Counted from the whole stretch's first letter, positions 49,904-61,802 are shown. The stretch is DNA of 63,086 nucleotides, filler included, from Octopus bimaculoides (GCF_001194135.2; 5 parts of 5 records of this genome joined end to end with filler, not necessarily neighbours in it), one strand, 5' to 3'. The notes: generated by a model from the sequence alone, not told the origin. Program-made: numbers and translations.

Positions 49904-50831
49904 GCAGCGAGCCGGTCGTCACTGGTTTCACCGGCACCGTCAGTCAAATGATCAACAGCTGCTCGACCTCAACGACGAATCACCATCTGCATCACCCATA
50001 GAAGACGGAATGGCCCTGAAACTGTATAACAAAACGCTGCTGTCGACGCCAGACAGGGACCAAAACGTGTACTGGGCCGACTTTGAATATTCAAATTTCA
50101 GTGAGGGCAAGAGGAAGTTCATCTTCTTGGGGGTCCTGAATGGTAAAGGCCCCAGAAAGGGAGAATTGTGTTCTATTAAGACATTCAAAGACCGAATCGG
50201 TGACTACGAGGACTGGCGGAAGGAGATTACGAAATGCAAGCAGGCAAACGATTTAGCTCAGCAGTTCAACCTGTGCTCGGCCGATGAGCGTAAGATCTTC
50301 TTTGAGGTGCCCATCATTGCTGAAATGGATATGCTGTCACACTGCACCCAGCTGATACAGAAGGTGACCCGCAAGAAGATTTTCGTCCTTGAAGAATGCA
50401 TCGCCATCGAACCGTTTCTGAAAGGAAGCTTTCAGAAATTCAGCAGCACTTACTCACCGTATTACACATGTAATGGCGGGGGTGATGGTGCCAACATCAC
50501 GGCACCAACAGCGAATTACAACGGCACTGGCTACGGAAAACACGCGAAGGGCAAAGGTGCCAGCACAACCAACACATATGCAAACAATTTGGCCTTTGCC
50601 GAAGCCTTCTCGCATTACACCTACTGGTACACGAAGGGTCGCATGGTGGTCGACGACCTGCAGGGCGTCATACAGGACGCGAATCACTTCCGGTTGACTG
50701 ATCCATCGATACACTCGGTCAAGCTCTCATACGGACCAACGGACAATGGTCAAAATGGCATCACGGCTTTCCTTTCTAAACACAGATGCAACAAGATTTG
50801 TGCCAATTGGTTTCTCAATCAGCAACACTGA
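49904..50831 (+). CDS. Alpha-kinase (eEF2K/MHCK/vwkA family) terminal exon; in-exon ATG with strong context at 50010 would give a 273-aa protein
   Basis: Acceptor TTTTCTTTTCATTTCAG|G at 49903; FSEG, GPRKGELCSIKTFK, AQQFN, IEPFLKGSFQK, AFSHYTY, VVDDLQGV, LTDPSIHS, GPTDNGQNG, HRCNKIC; all four Zn ligands present; no stops or frameshifts. Confidence 0.93.
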
Positions 50832-50933
50832 TAAAAAACGAATGCAAGAGTTTAGGATCAGCCTTCTGATTGGTTGGTAAAAACACACCACTAGTCAACT
50901 ATTTTTCTTCGTTTTCTCCTCCCCGCCTCACCT

Positions 50934-51324
50934 TTGTTTCAGTCGTTAGACTGTGGCCATGCTGGGGCACCACCCTGAAGGTTGTTTAGCTGAACAAATC
51001 AACCCCAGTATATCTTTTATTTTTTACTTGTTTCACTCATTGGACTGTGGCCATGCTGGGGCACCACCCTGAAGGTTGTTTAGCTGAACAAATCAACCCC
51101 AGTATATCTTTTATTTTTTACTTGTTTCAGTCATTGGACTGTGGCCATGCTGGGGCACCACCTTGAAGGGTTTTAGCTGAACAAACCAAACCCAGTATAT
51201 CTTGTTCTTGTTCTTGTTTCAGTCATTGGACTGTGGCCATGCTGGGGCACCACCTTGAAGGGTTTTAGTTGAACAAATCAACCCCAATATATCTTTTATC
51301 TTTTACTTGTTTCACTCATTGGAT
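50934..51324 (-). repeat. Minisatellite of 4+ units (92-94 bp) made from the SINE family C 3' tail, antisense to the kinase
   Basis: TTGTTTCA(G/C)TC unit starts at 50934, 51028, 51122, 51214, 51307. Confidence 0.9.
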
Positions 51325-51377
51325 TTTTTGCCATCAAATTTGATTGCAAAGAATTCAAACTAGATCGAAAACATCTA

Positions 51378-51446
<69 letters not shown>

Positions 51447-51894
51447 CATTTCATTAACCTTATTGTTATTACATGTTTCTCTTTTGTTTTGGTTTGGATT
51501 TTTTCTTTTTCAGCATGTAAATGAACACAGCTCTGTGTGCCTTGATCGTAGGCGGCATTTTTTTGTTTTTGTTTTTTTGTTTTTCTTATTATTGTTGCTG
51601 TTTTATGTACATGCACGTACCCTACAATCTGTACTCTACCATCGGTCAAGTACTGGTGAAGTTTTTTTTTGAAATGTGTGACCCTGTGCCAATCTTCGGG
51701 AACCCCCTACTAATTGTTATTATAACGGCAGCAATAATGGAACCAGTAGAACCACCAGACAAAATATTTGGCAGCATTTAGAAATGTTCTGGGTTCAAAT
51801 TCCAGTCAAGTTAAACTTTGCCGTGGGTTTTTGTTAGAAATTATCATTGTTGTCAACAGCATCATCAACATTATCATTATTATTATTGTTATTG

Positions 51895-51940
<46 letters not shown>

Positions 51941-53281
51941 CATCATCATCATCATCATCATCATCGTCATCGTCATTATTATTATTATTATTCAGTGAAA
52001 AACTGAGGCAGAATTTCTGTGGCTGAACACCCTTCCTGTCACCAACCCTCAATTGTTTCTAAGTAAGGTAGTATTGCCTCCAATATTTCCTATTCTATAT
52101 ACATATATATATGTAAANNNNNNNNNNNNNNNNNNNNNNNNNNNNNNNNNNNNNNNNNNNNNNNNNNNNNNNNNNNNNNNNNNNNNNNNNNNNNNNNNNN
52201 NNNNNNNNNNNNNNNNNNNNNNNNNNNNNNNNNNNNNNNNNNNNNNNNNNNNNNNNNNNNNNNNNNNNNNNNNNNNNNNNNNNNNNNNNNNNNNNNNNNN
52301 NNNNNNNNNNNNNNNNNNNNNNNNNNNNNNNNNNNNNNNNNNNNNNNNNNNNNNNNNNNNNNNNNNNNNNNNNNNNNNNNNNNNNNNNNNNNNNNNNNNN
52401 NNNNNNNNNNNNNNNNNNNNNNNNNNNNNNNNNNNNNNNNNNNNNNNNNNNNNNNNNNNNNNNNNNNNNNNNNNNNNNNNNNNNNNNNNNNNNNNNNNNN
52501 NNNNNNNNNNNNNNNNNNNNNNNNNNNNNNNNNNNNNNNNNNNNNNNNNNNNNNNNNNNNNNNNNNNNNNNNNNNNNNNNNNNNNNNNNNNNNNNNNNNN
52601 NNNNNNNNATATAATATAATATAGGATAAATTCTTTATAAGAATTTATCAAGTAGTCAGCGTGAAAAAACCTCATAATGAAAAAATAACGAAAAGTTTCG
52701 TAATGAAAAAATTCATCGTTTCTTCATAGATATATTTAATTATATATAAAGGGCATTAACTGTGTATTAATGCCTCACGCTATCGAGGGACTAAATAAGT
52801 AAAAAAAACTACCACACATAAGTAACATATTTACCGAAAGCGAGGGAATGCAGCTTTTCAAAATTTATCTCTTAAAAACATTTAACTCAACGGTAGACCA
52901 CTGGTTTCTCAATCAAATACAGAAAAAAACTGTGAACACGCAATGCATACATATAAATATTGGGAGCAGAGGAACTATTCAAACCCCCCAACAAAATAAT
53001 AAAAGTAAACTTTCACAATTTTTCCCCAACATAATCATTAATCTACACCAGCTCCAATGTATCTCTAGAAAATTCCATAAAAAAAAGGTGTGAGACCAGG
53101 TTGGGGCTCAATTCCATTATTATACCTTTACAGTGTTTTCATACCAAAACTTTGGTACACCACCCCAAGTTCATGTGATTGTTGATAATTTGATTTGTTA
53201 TATCGAAACTTGACATGGTCCTCAGTTTGTGTCTGGGGGTTAGGTTTTCCCATATCTGCCGCTGCTACTGCTGTTGTTGTT

Positions 53282-53317
<36 letters not shown>

Positions 53318-53457
53318 ATTGCTGTAGTTGTTCTACTACTGTTGCTGCTGCTGCTACTGCTGCTTCATGCTGCCGTGGTTTTTGTTTCTTCTGGTAACAT
53401 ATCGACCTTGACTGAATAGACCTATGATCAAAGGCATTCCAGCCATGACCACCCTAT

Positions 53458-53497
<40 letters not shown>

Positions 53498-53542
53498 TAT
53501 ATAGTCCAACCCATGCTAGCATGGAAAGCAGACATTAAACGA

Positions 53543-53582
<40 letters not shown>

Positions 53583-53702
53583 CATAATTATTGTATATAC
53601 ATATTTTATGTGATATATATATGTATACATATATGTGTGTATATATGTGTTTGTGTGTGTAATTTCCCGTTGTTTAATGGTCATTTTCATAGCATTTTTC
53701 GA

Positions 53703-53779
53703 TGGCCAGATAACTGAAGAGATAATCACAGTGTGGGTTTCTGCCCCGACATCTGAAACTCGGAGCTTTATCATGGCTA
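53703..53779 (+). other. Type I hammerhead-like fold with C at 16.1
   Basis: Stem I TGGCCAGATAA / TTATC(A)TGGCTA (11 bp, 1 bulge), CTGAAGA, weak stem II, GAAA, CTC-G-GAG stem III. Confidence 0.45.
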
Positions 53780-53811
53780 CCGAATAAGTGTCACATATTA
53801 TTTGCAGATAT

Positions 53812-53864
<53 letters not shown>

Positions 53865-54717
53865 NNNNNNNNNNNNNNNNNNNNNNNNNNNNNNNNNNNN
53901 NNNNNNNNNNNNNNNNNNNNNNNNNNNNNNNNNNNNNNNNNNNNNNNNNNNNNNNNNNNNNNNNNNNNNNNNNNNNNNNNNNNNNNNNNNNNNNNNNNNN
54001 NNNNNNNNNNNNNNNNNNNNNNNNNNNNNNNNNNNNNNNNNNNNNNNNNNNNNNNNNNNNNNNNNNNNNNNNNNNNNNNNNNNNNNNNNNNNNNNNNNNN
54101 NNNNNNNNNNNNNNNNNNNNNNNNNNNNNNNNNNNNNNNNNNNNNNNNNNNNNNNNNNNNNNNNNNNNNNNNNNNNNNNNNNNNNNNNNNNNNNNNNNNN
54201 NNNNNNNNNNNNNNNNNNNNNNNNNNNNNNNNNNNNNNNNNNNNNNNNNNNNNNNNNNNNNNNNNNNNNNNNNNNNNNNNNNNNNNNNNNNNNNNNNNNN
54301 NNNNNNNNNNNNNNNNNNNNNNNNNNNNNNNNNNNNNNNNNNNNNNNNNNNNNNNNNNNNNNNNNNNNNNNNNNNNNNNNNNNNNNNNNNNNNNNNNNNN
54401 NNNNNNNNNNNNNNNNNNNNNNNNNNNNNNNNNNNNNNNNNNNNNNNNNNNNNNNNNNNNNNNNNNNNNNNNNNNNNNNNNNNNNNNNNNNNNNNNNNNN
54501 NNNNNNNNNNNNNNNNNNNNNNNNNNNNNNNNNNNNNNNNNNNNNNNNNNNNNNNNNNNNNNNNNNNNNNNNNNNNNNNNNNNNNNNNNNNNNNNNNNNN
54601 NNNNNNNNNNNNNNNNNNNNNNNNNNNNNNNNNATATATAATATACATATACACATTATATATATATAAAACACACACACACACATATATATACATATAT
54701 ATATATGTATATATATT

Positions 54718-54751
<34 letters not shown>

Positions 54752-55061
54752 ATATAATTTATATATGATATATATGTAATGCATATACAATATATATATT
54801 ATATATTTGATATATGTAATGCATATATATTTATGTATGTACATATGTGTGTGTGCTTGTGTATACACACACACAACCATGCAAAACATCTATATACACA
54901 CATACTGGAAAATAGACGTTAAATGATGGTGATATATATATATATATATATATATATCTGATGGATGCAAGTCAAGTATAAGGAATTCCAATTCCACCAC
55001 TTGACTGTTCTCTTAAATGTGAGTAGCAGAGATGTTGCTTTTTAGCCCTGCTAGGGTCCTA

Positions 55062-55145
55062 CACTTTTGCAAAGATGTGGAAACGATGGGCACCTCTTGC
55101 AGCCGGTGTTCGGAAAGCTTTTTACCCGTGCTCACCACATGCTTT
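55062..55145 (-). mobile_element. Possible piggyBac C-terminal cysteine-rich-domain relic
   Basis: ACGEHG / TGCKRCPSFPHLC across a frameshift; weak. Confidence 0.25.
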
Positions 55146-55344
55146 TCATTCCATCATGATATTTTTTTCATTGAGTGTTTTTTGCCTTTCTTGACTACAG
55201 CCACACAAAGTTTTTAATACATAATAGAGTAGTAAAGACCAAGTGATGCCTGTTTTTGAACCTTTTGAACTTTCTAGCCTTTAAACTGGCTATACCCAGC
55301 CCAAACATTCTTCCTGTTTTGACATTCAAACCAGCCATGTGTAG

Positions 55345-55628
55345 CCTTTCATACCTACCCTACAACGTCACGCTAAAAACTAATCAATCACATCATTGAA
55401 ATCTCAAAGCTATGAAGATAGTGCATGATTAATTCAAAACAAGGTCAGATCCAGCCTCTCACACCTACCCTACAATGTCATTCTAAAAGTAAACGATCGC
55501 ATCATTGAAATCTCAAAGCTATGAGATAATGCATGATTAATTCAAAACAAGGTCAGATCCAGCCTCTCACACCTACCCTACAATGTCATTCTAAAAGTAA
55601 ACGATCGCATCATTGAAATCTCAAAGCT
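55345..55628. repeat. Tandem 110-bp repeat (~2.6 units), running into a gap
   Basis: AAGGTCAGATCC at 55441 and 55551; CATTGAAATCTCAAAGCT three times. Confidence 0.85.
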
Positions 55629-56223
55629 NNNNNNNNNNNNNNNNNNNNNNNNNNNNNNNNNNNNNNNNNNNNTTAATTAATTAANNNNNNNNNNNNNNNN
55701 NNNNNNNNNNNNNNNNNNNNNNNNNNNNATGCTCTTCAACAGAAAGGAATAAGGGAAAATAAACAGAGAGAATGAAAAAAACTTGTAGATTTCAGCTGTC
55801 CAGCATATATATATACATGCAAGTGTATGTGTAGATAGAGAGGTAGATAGGGAGGTAAGAATAAATACGATCTATATATATGGCTATGGGGGTTCACCAG
55901 AATAGAATAGTAATCAAAAGGATATATATATGTGTGTGTGTGTGTGTTGTTCTTTTGAGCAAGACACTTTATTTCACGTTATTCCAGTTCAGTCACCTGT
56001 GGAATTGAGTTACGGCGTCAGTCGTGCGAAGCAGTATCGGCCTTCGCCTTTCCCTTGGGCAACATTAGTTGTATGCATGGGTCACTGCTGGTCTTCTATA
56101 AACAACCTAACCCGGACTTGTGCCTCCGAGGGGAACTTTCTAAGTGCAATCTCGTGGTCATTCATGACCTAAGGGGATCTTTCGTCCGTTTACATATATA
56201 TATATATATGTAAATCAAACAAA

Positions 56224-56370
56224 GCAGCATGGATTTTAAAGGTTATTGCAGTACGCACGTTTCATGCAACTCCATTTATTTAAGTAATTCGAGCATTACA
56301 TTAAATGCAAAATGCAGAAGATTGCAGCATGAAACGTGCGTACTGCAATAACCTTTAAAATCCATGTTGC
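56224..56370. repeat. 44-bp near-perfect inverted repeat with 59-bp spacer
   Basis: 56224-56267 versus 56327-56370; one mismatch (G-T). Confidence 0.9.
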
Positions 56371-56540
56371 TTTTTTTTTGATTTTTGATCACCTTGTTTN
56401 NNNNNNNNNNNNNNNNNNNNNNNNNNNNNNNNNNNNNNNNNNNNNNNNNNNNNNNNNNNNNNNNNNNNNNNNNNNNNNNNNNNNNNNNNNNNNNNNNNNN
56501 NNNNNNNNNNNNNNNNNNNNNNNNNNNNNNNNNNNNNNNN

Positions 56541-56581
<41 letters not shown>

Positions 56582-56756
56582 ATATACCTCGTTCAGAGAT
56601 TTATTATTGCTTATATATATATATATTCAGACATATAAAGGCATATTCATGCATATACTCGCACACACTCACGCACACGCACACTCACACGCCTGCGCTC
56701 ATCTTGACGGTATATATGCATCATTATTAGCTTAACGCTCAGGTTACTGGAAAGAG

Positions 56757-56805
56757 CTACCTTATGACGTTTCGGATATCATTGCTTCATCAGCATATGG
56801 CGTAG
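56757..56805 (-). other. Intronic minimal hammerhead-like relic
   Basis: CTACGCCATATG-CTGATGA-A-GCAATGATATCC-GAAA-CGT-CATAAGGTAG; stem I pairs, one nucleotide short at N17, stem II poor. Confidence 0.4.
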
Positions 56806-56823
56806 ACTGATTCTGATACTCAC

Positions 56824-56946
56824 CTTGTGTTATATATTCCAGTGGCCAGCTACGATAACATCCATTTGTTGACTGCCAGCTTAAGATTTGTTCCAACCAG
56901 TCTGGCTTCATAAATTGATGGTAACCTTGCATTCCGCACAGACCAA
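56824..56946 (-). CDS. C16orf89: Internal exon (123 bp, phase 1-1) of a UPF0764/C16orf89-like gene
   Basis: Acceptor TCTCTTCTCTGCAG, donor AG|GTGAGT; peptide GLCGMQGYHQFMKPDWLEQILSWQSTNGCY matches the family motif CGM.G...F.K..WLE.ILSWQ...GC[FY] as recalled from human C16orf89. Confidence 0.8.
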
Positions 56947-58635
56947 CTGCAGAGAAGAGACGAGAATCATGTAAGGTATTTATTATTTTATAATATCTAA
57001 AAAAAAAATTCTGTGCAGTTATCGAAATAATTCTGATGACAGCAATAGCAATCAGGACAATAATTAGATATCTTTATCATTAGAAGGCAATGAATTTTCT
57101 AGGAAATGATTGTAATAGATTTAAGCGCGATATCGTGGTTTTGTTCTTCCAATACTTGATTGGTTCTTTATCTTATTGACTCCCAAATCATGCTAGAGGT
57201 GCTAGGAATGTGGCCTGGGTGTCAAGGGGGCGGCAGCCCGAAAAATTTTGGGAACCACTGGTCTAAACCTATGCTACTTAAAGTAGGTGGTAACACTCCT
57301 TGGTGAGCGGTAGAAAATTTTATACGAGTACTGGGGACAAAAAAAGTGGTAAGTGGGGGTGATAAAGGCACCTGCACATTTTCTTTAGTATTTTGATAAA
57401 CCCTTTTTTAGCTACAGTCACAAGACAATAGTAATAACAAGATTTGGAAGTGTGAATAAGTAAGTAAACAAAACGGGATATTTAAACAATCTATTTATGC
57501 AAATTATAAGTAATAAACAAAAGTTTAATTTAAAAGACATGGCCAAAACTTTTTGGTATTTCCATACATGCGATAAAGACGTCTTATACACTTGTAGCGT
57601 AAAGCAACGTTTGTTCATGTTCACACATACACACACACACACGCACATATACGCACACACACACACATATATATGTTTGTAGGTATGTATGTACGTATGT
57701 ATGCATGTATATACACATATATAATACAAATAATATATGAGTATATGCATATATATGTACATGTATGTGCATACCTTCATCTACATTTATATATAGATGC
57801 ATATCTGGGTACATGACGTTGCAAAAAGCATGGACAAAATGATAAACAGGGTACAAAAAACACACAGGCCACATAGAGAACATTTCCTTCATCAGCTGCC
57901 ACCATTATAACACTGGCGTTTCGAAGAGTTAGGGCAGTACACATATATAATACGTACAAACATACACACACACATACATACATGCATACATACCTACATA
58001 TATAAATACATGTGTATGTGTGTTTGTGCGTTTGTATGTATGTATGTATGTATGTATGTGTGTGTATGAATGTATCTATGTATGTATTTGTTATGAAATT
58101 AGTTCTGTTGAATCCTAACAAGGGAACGTTGACGAAAAGGAGGCGATAATTAAAATAGTTTGAGAAGCACCAGTTTGAAAACGATTCTTAGCATAGATAT
58201 AAGGAAACACATTTCAACCTAGGAAACGGGTGAGATCGATTTAAATGATTTCATTATTTGGATGGTGTTAATATTAGTGAATATGATAAATACAACATGA
58301 ATATCTATATTGTTCAGAACTGTTTATGTCGCAAGCAAAGTACTTTCTAACCGATGTCTTCACAACTGATGAAAAGAGACATTACATTTGTTTCCCACTA
58401 GTCATTAGTTTACACTGTACATATATCTAAAATGAAGGTGTTAAATAACAGAATATAAACGATAAGCTTTCTTGCTATGAGTTTGGAAGGCTCCACACAT
58501 TGAGTACTTTCGTTGGGACATTAACAGTTCTGAATTGTTGTAGGCGTAGATGTCTATATTGATCACAATAGGTGTAAATAAACTAGCTTTAATGGATAAC
58601 CATAAACTACAGCCTCACAAACAGTAGTCATATGT

Positions 58636-58943
58636 TGGCACTCCGTCGCTTACGACGTCGAGGGTTCCAGTTGATCCGATTCAACAGAACAGCCTGCTCG
58701 TGAAATTAACGTGCAAGTGGCTGAGCACTCCACAGACACGTGTACCCTTAACGTAGTTCTCGGGGGAGATTCAGCGTGATACAGTGTGACAAGGCTGACC
58801 CTTTGAATTACAGGTACAACAGAAACGGGAAGTAAGAGTGAGAGAAAGTTGTGGTGAAAGAGTACAGCAGGGTTCGCTACCATCCCCTGCCGGAGCCTCG
58901 TAAAGCTTTAGGTATTTTCGCTCAATAAACACTCACAACGCCC
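58636..58943 (-). mobile_element. SINE family A (head lost in gap)
   Basis: Reverse complement collinear with 24986-25373. Confidence 0.88.
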
Positions 58944-59680
58944 NNNNNNNNNNNNNNNNNNNNNNNNNNNNNNNNNNNNNNNNNNNNNNNNNNNNNNNNN
59001 NNNNNNNNNNNNNNNNNNNNNNNNNNNNNNNNNNNNNNNNNNNNNNNNNNNNNNNNNNNNNNNNNNNNNNNNNNNNNNNNNNNNNNNNNNNNNNNNNNNN
59101 NNNNNNNNNNNNNNNNNNNNNNNNNNNNNNNNNNNNNNNNNNNNNNNNNNNNNNNNNNNNNNNNNNNNNNNNNNNNNNNNNNNNNNNNNNNNNNNNNNNN
59201 NNNNNNNNNNNNNNNNNNNNNNNNNNNNNNNNNNNNNNNNNNNNNNNNNNNNNNNNNNNNNNNNNNNNNNNNNNNNNNNNNNNNNNNNNNNNNNNNNNNN
59301 NNNNNNNNNNNNNNNNNNNNNNNNNNNNNNNNNNNNNNNNNNNNNNNNNNNNNNNNNNNNNNNNNNNNNNNNNNNNNNNNNNNNNNNNNNNNNNNNNNNN
59401 NNNNNNNNNNNNNNNNNNNNNNNNNNNNNNNNNNNNNNNNNNNNNNNNNNNNNNNNNNNNNNNNNNNNNNNNNNNNNNNNNNNNNNNNNNNNNNNNNNNN
59501 NNNNNNNNNNNNNNNNNNNNNNNNNNNNNNNNNNNNNNNNNNNNNNNNNNNNNNNNNNNNNNNNNNNNNNNNNNNNNNNNNNNNNNNNNNNNNNNNNNNN
59601 NNNNNNNNNNNNNNNNNNNNNNNNNNNNNNNNNNNNNNNNNNNNNNNNNNNNNNNNNNNNNNNNNNNNNNNNNNNNNNNN

Positions 59681-59774
59681 GTAACATTTCTGAACAGAAT
59701 CCTTCGGCTAGAGTGTCCAACGATGGCTGGCTGTACCGTGCAGCTTTCGCTTCCACTTCTTTTAAACAACCAAA
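59681..59774 (-). CDS. C16orf89: Upstream exon of the same C16orf89-like gene (3' end lost in gap)
   Basis: Acceptor ...CTTCGGATCCAG; FGCLKEVEAKAARYSQPSLDTLAEGFCSEML fits the family GC...FC..M segment that precedes the CGM motif. Confidence 0.6.
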
Positions 59775-59832
59775 CTGGATCCGAAGATAATAATAATAAT
59801 AATAATAATAATGATAATAATAATAACGGTTA

Positions 59833-59988
59833 CAAATTTTGGTACGAGGTCAGCAATTTCGGGGGTGGGGTAAATAGTCTTTCAGCTGGTACTTATTTTA
59901 TCGTTCCCGAAAGGATGAAGGGCGAAGTCGACCAGGGCGGGTTGCTAAGCATTTTGCCCGGTGTGCTAACGATTCTGCCAGCTCGCCT
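59833..59988 (-). mobile_element. SINE family E (deleted)
   Basis: Family E boxes. Confidence 0.7.
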
Positions 59989-60312
59989 CCTCTTTACTAC
60001 TATTACTACTATTACTACTAATGATAATGATAATAATAATAATAATAATAATGGTGGTGGTTGGCGATTAAACCTGCAACCCCGCCACCAAACGTGCTTA
60101 GTGGGGAGGGTGGTGTTTGAAGTCCCTGCAACATGAATAACAAAACCCGTCAATGGTCGAAGGAACTTATGAGGGGCAACGGCCATCAAACAGTGTGTGT
60201 ATGTGGGTCAAGGTGAACTCTCTGAACCTTGATTAGCAACATATAGATAGATGGACAGATCGAATGATAGATAAGTGGATCGATTTATAGACAGAGTGAG
60301 AGAGAGAAAAGG

Positions 60313-60353
<41 letters not shown>

Positions 60354-60363
60354 CGTGTGCGTG

Positions 60364-60399
<36 letters not shown>

Positions 60400-60520
60400 T
60401 GTGCNNNNNNNNNNNNNNNNNNNNNNNNNNNNNNNNNNNNNNNNNNNNTTAATTAATTAANNNNNNNNNNNNNNNNNNNNNNNNNNNNNNNNNNNNNNNN
60501 NNNNTATATATATATATGTA

Positions 60521-60557
<37 letters not shown>

Positions 60558-60590
60558 AAATATAATTATAAGCTTTCACTGTACATTCAT

Positions 60591-60821
60591 TTCTTTATTA
60601 CCCACAGGGGGCTAAACCTAGAGGGGTCAAACAAGGGCAGAAAAAGGGATTACGTCGATTACATCGACCCCAGTGCGTAACTGGTAGCTATTTAATCGAC
60701 CCCGAAAGGAGGAAACGCAAAGTCAACTTCGACGGAATTTGAACTCAAAACGAAATACCAGCAGACGAAATATCGCTAAGCATTTCGTCCGGCTTTCCAA
60801 CGATTCTGTCAGCTCACCGCC
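60591..60821 (-). mobile_element. SINE family E
   Basis: Same tail subtype as 1-363. Confidence 0.85.
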
Positions 60822-61624
60822 CTGCCTTCACTGTGTATTGACTACTGAAAAAATAGTCCAATATTAGAGCATATAACCGTCCGTAACGGAAAAATGGGCA
60901 TTAGTACGTGTGGGAATCTAGATAAGTGTGTGCTTGTTAGTGTAATCGGTTGGTATACATTGTGAAAATAAGAGGTGTATGTTCGTTTCCCACACGTATT
61001 TTCCCCATTACGGATCATTATATACCCTAATATTAAACTCTTTCTATAGTTTAATATTAGGGCATATAAAGGTGAAGGCTTATAATTCTCCTTACAAAAA
61101 TTTCATCAGACATCGTTTCATAATGAGATTTTAGGCTTAGAGTTACGGAAAAAAGTGAAAAATGAACAAATTGGAGTGGGTGGGTAGCAGAAAAGTCTTT
61201 GCGAAAATAGTAGCTGAAAAACAGGGGAAAAAAACAAAACAAACTAAAAGCAGTAGAAACGTACGAACGATTGTAGTGGTGCCATGAAGTAAACATGCTT
61301 CAGATACACTCGTTTATTTATACAAACGTAACTGAGATGAAATATGTCATAAATAACAGTGACAAACGAAATATACACCGCTGGAAGTTGTTGTTGACAA
61401 ACAACAGCAGTAATTTTATTCAGCTGAATACACGTCATTGATTGGTTGAAATTATCGAAATACGACAACTTTAACATGAGATAGCTTTGAAAATACAAAC
61501 TTTTCTCAACAACACTAAGCGTAAATGATGTTTTATATGACACATTCTACCAGTGTCCGAAGTTTGAAAGTGTTTAGTTGCAAAAAACTAATTTTTCGAT
61601 CTGCCGTTCATAGGGTATAGATCC

Positions 61625-61801
61625 AGGGGTTAAGTCGATTGCATCGACTCCCAGTGCTTAACTGGTACTTATTTAATCGACCCCGAAAGGAGAAAACGCA
61701 AAGTTGACCTCGGCAGAAGTTGAACTCAGAACGTAAAGACAGACGAAATATCACTAAGCATTTCGCCCGGCGGGCTAACGTTTCTGCCTGCTCGTCGCCT
61801 T
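61625..61801 (-). mobile_element. SINE family E
   Basis: Family E head and central box. Confidence 0.82.
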
Positions 61802-61802
61802 G

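Noticed and set aside
51446-51649. DG...HKTAT peptide as a possible last exon of the C16orf89-like gene
   Set aside because: Spacing between DG and H does not fit the family motif, and it runs into low-complexity sequence.
52848-53093. ORF containing HWFLNQ, echoing the kinase C-terminus NWFLNQ
   Set aside because: Match limited to about 15 nt, with no upstream kinase motifs; likely chance.
56305-56346. TGCAG-AAGA...GAAAC-GTGC-GTA-CTGCA, a hammerhead-like string in the palindrome's right arm
   Set aside because: Would need CTG restored to the core, stem II does not pair, and the stem I match is explained by the palindrome.
57883-57928. GAAAC...CTGATGA on the minus strand as a type II hammerhead
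   Set aside because: Stem I cannot form between the putative cleavage site and the core.
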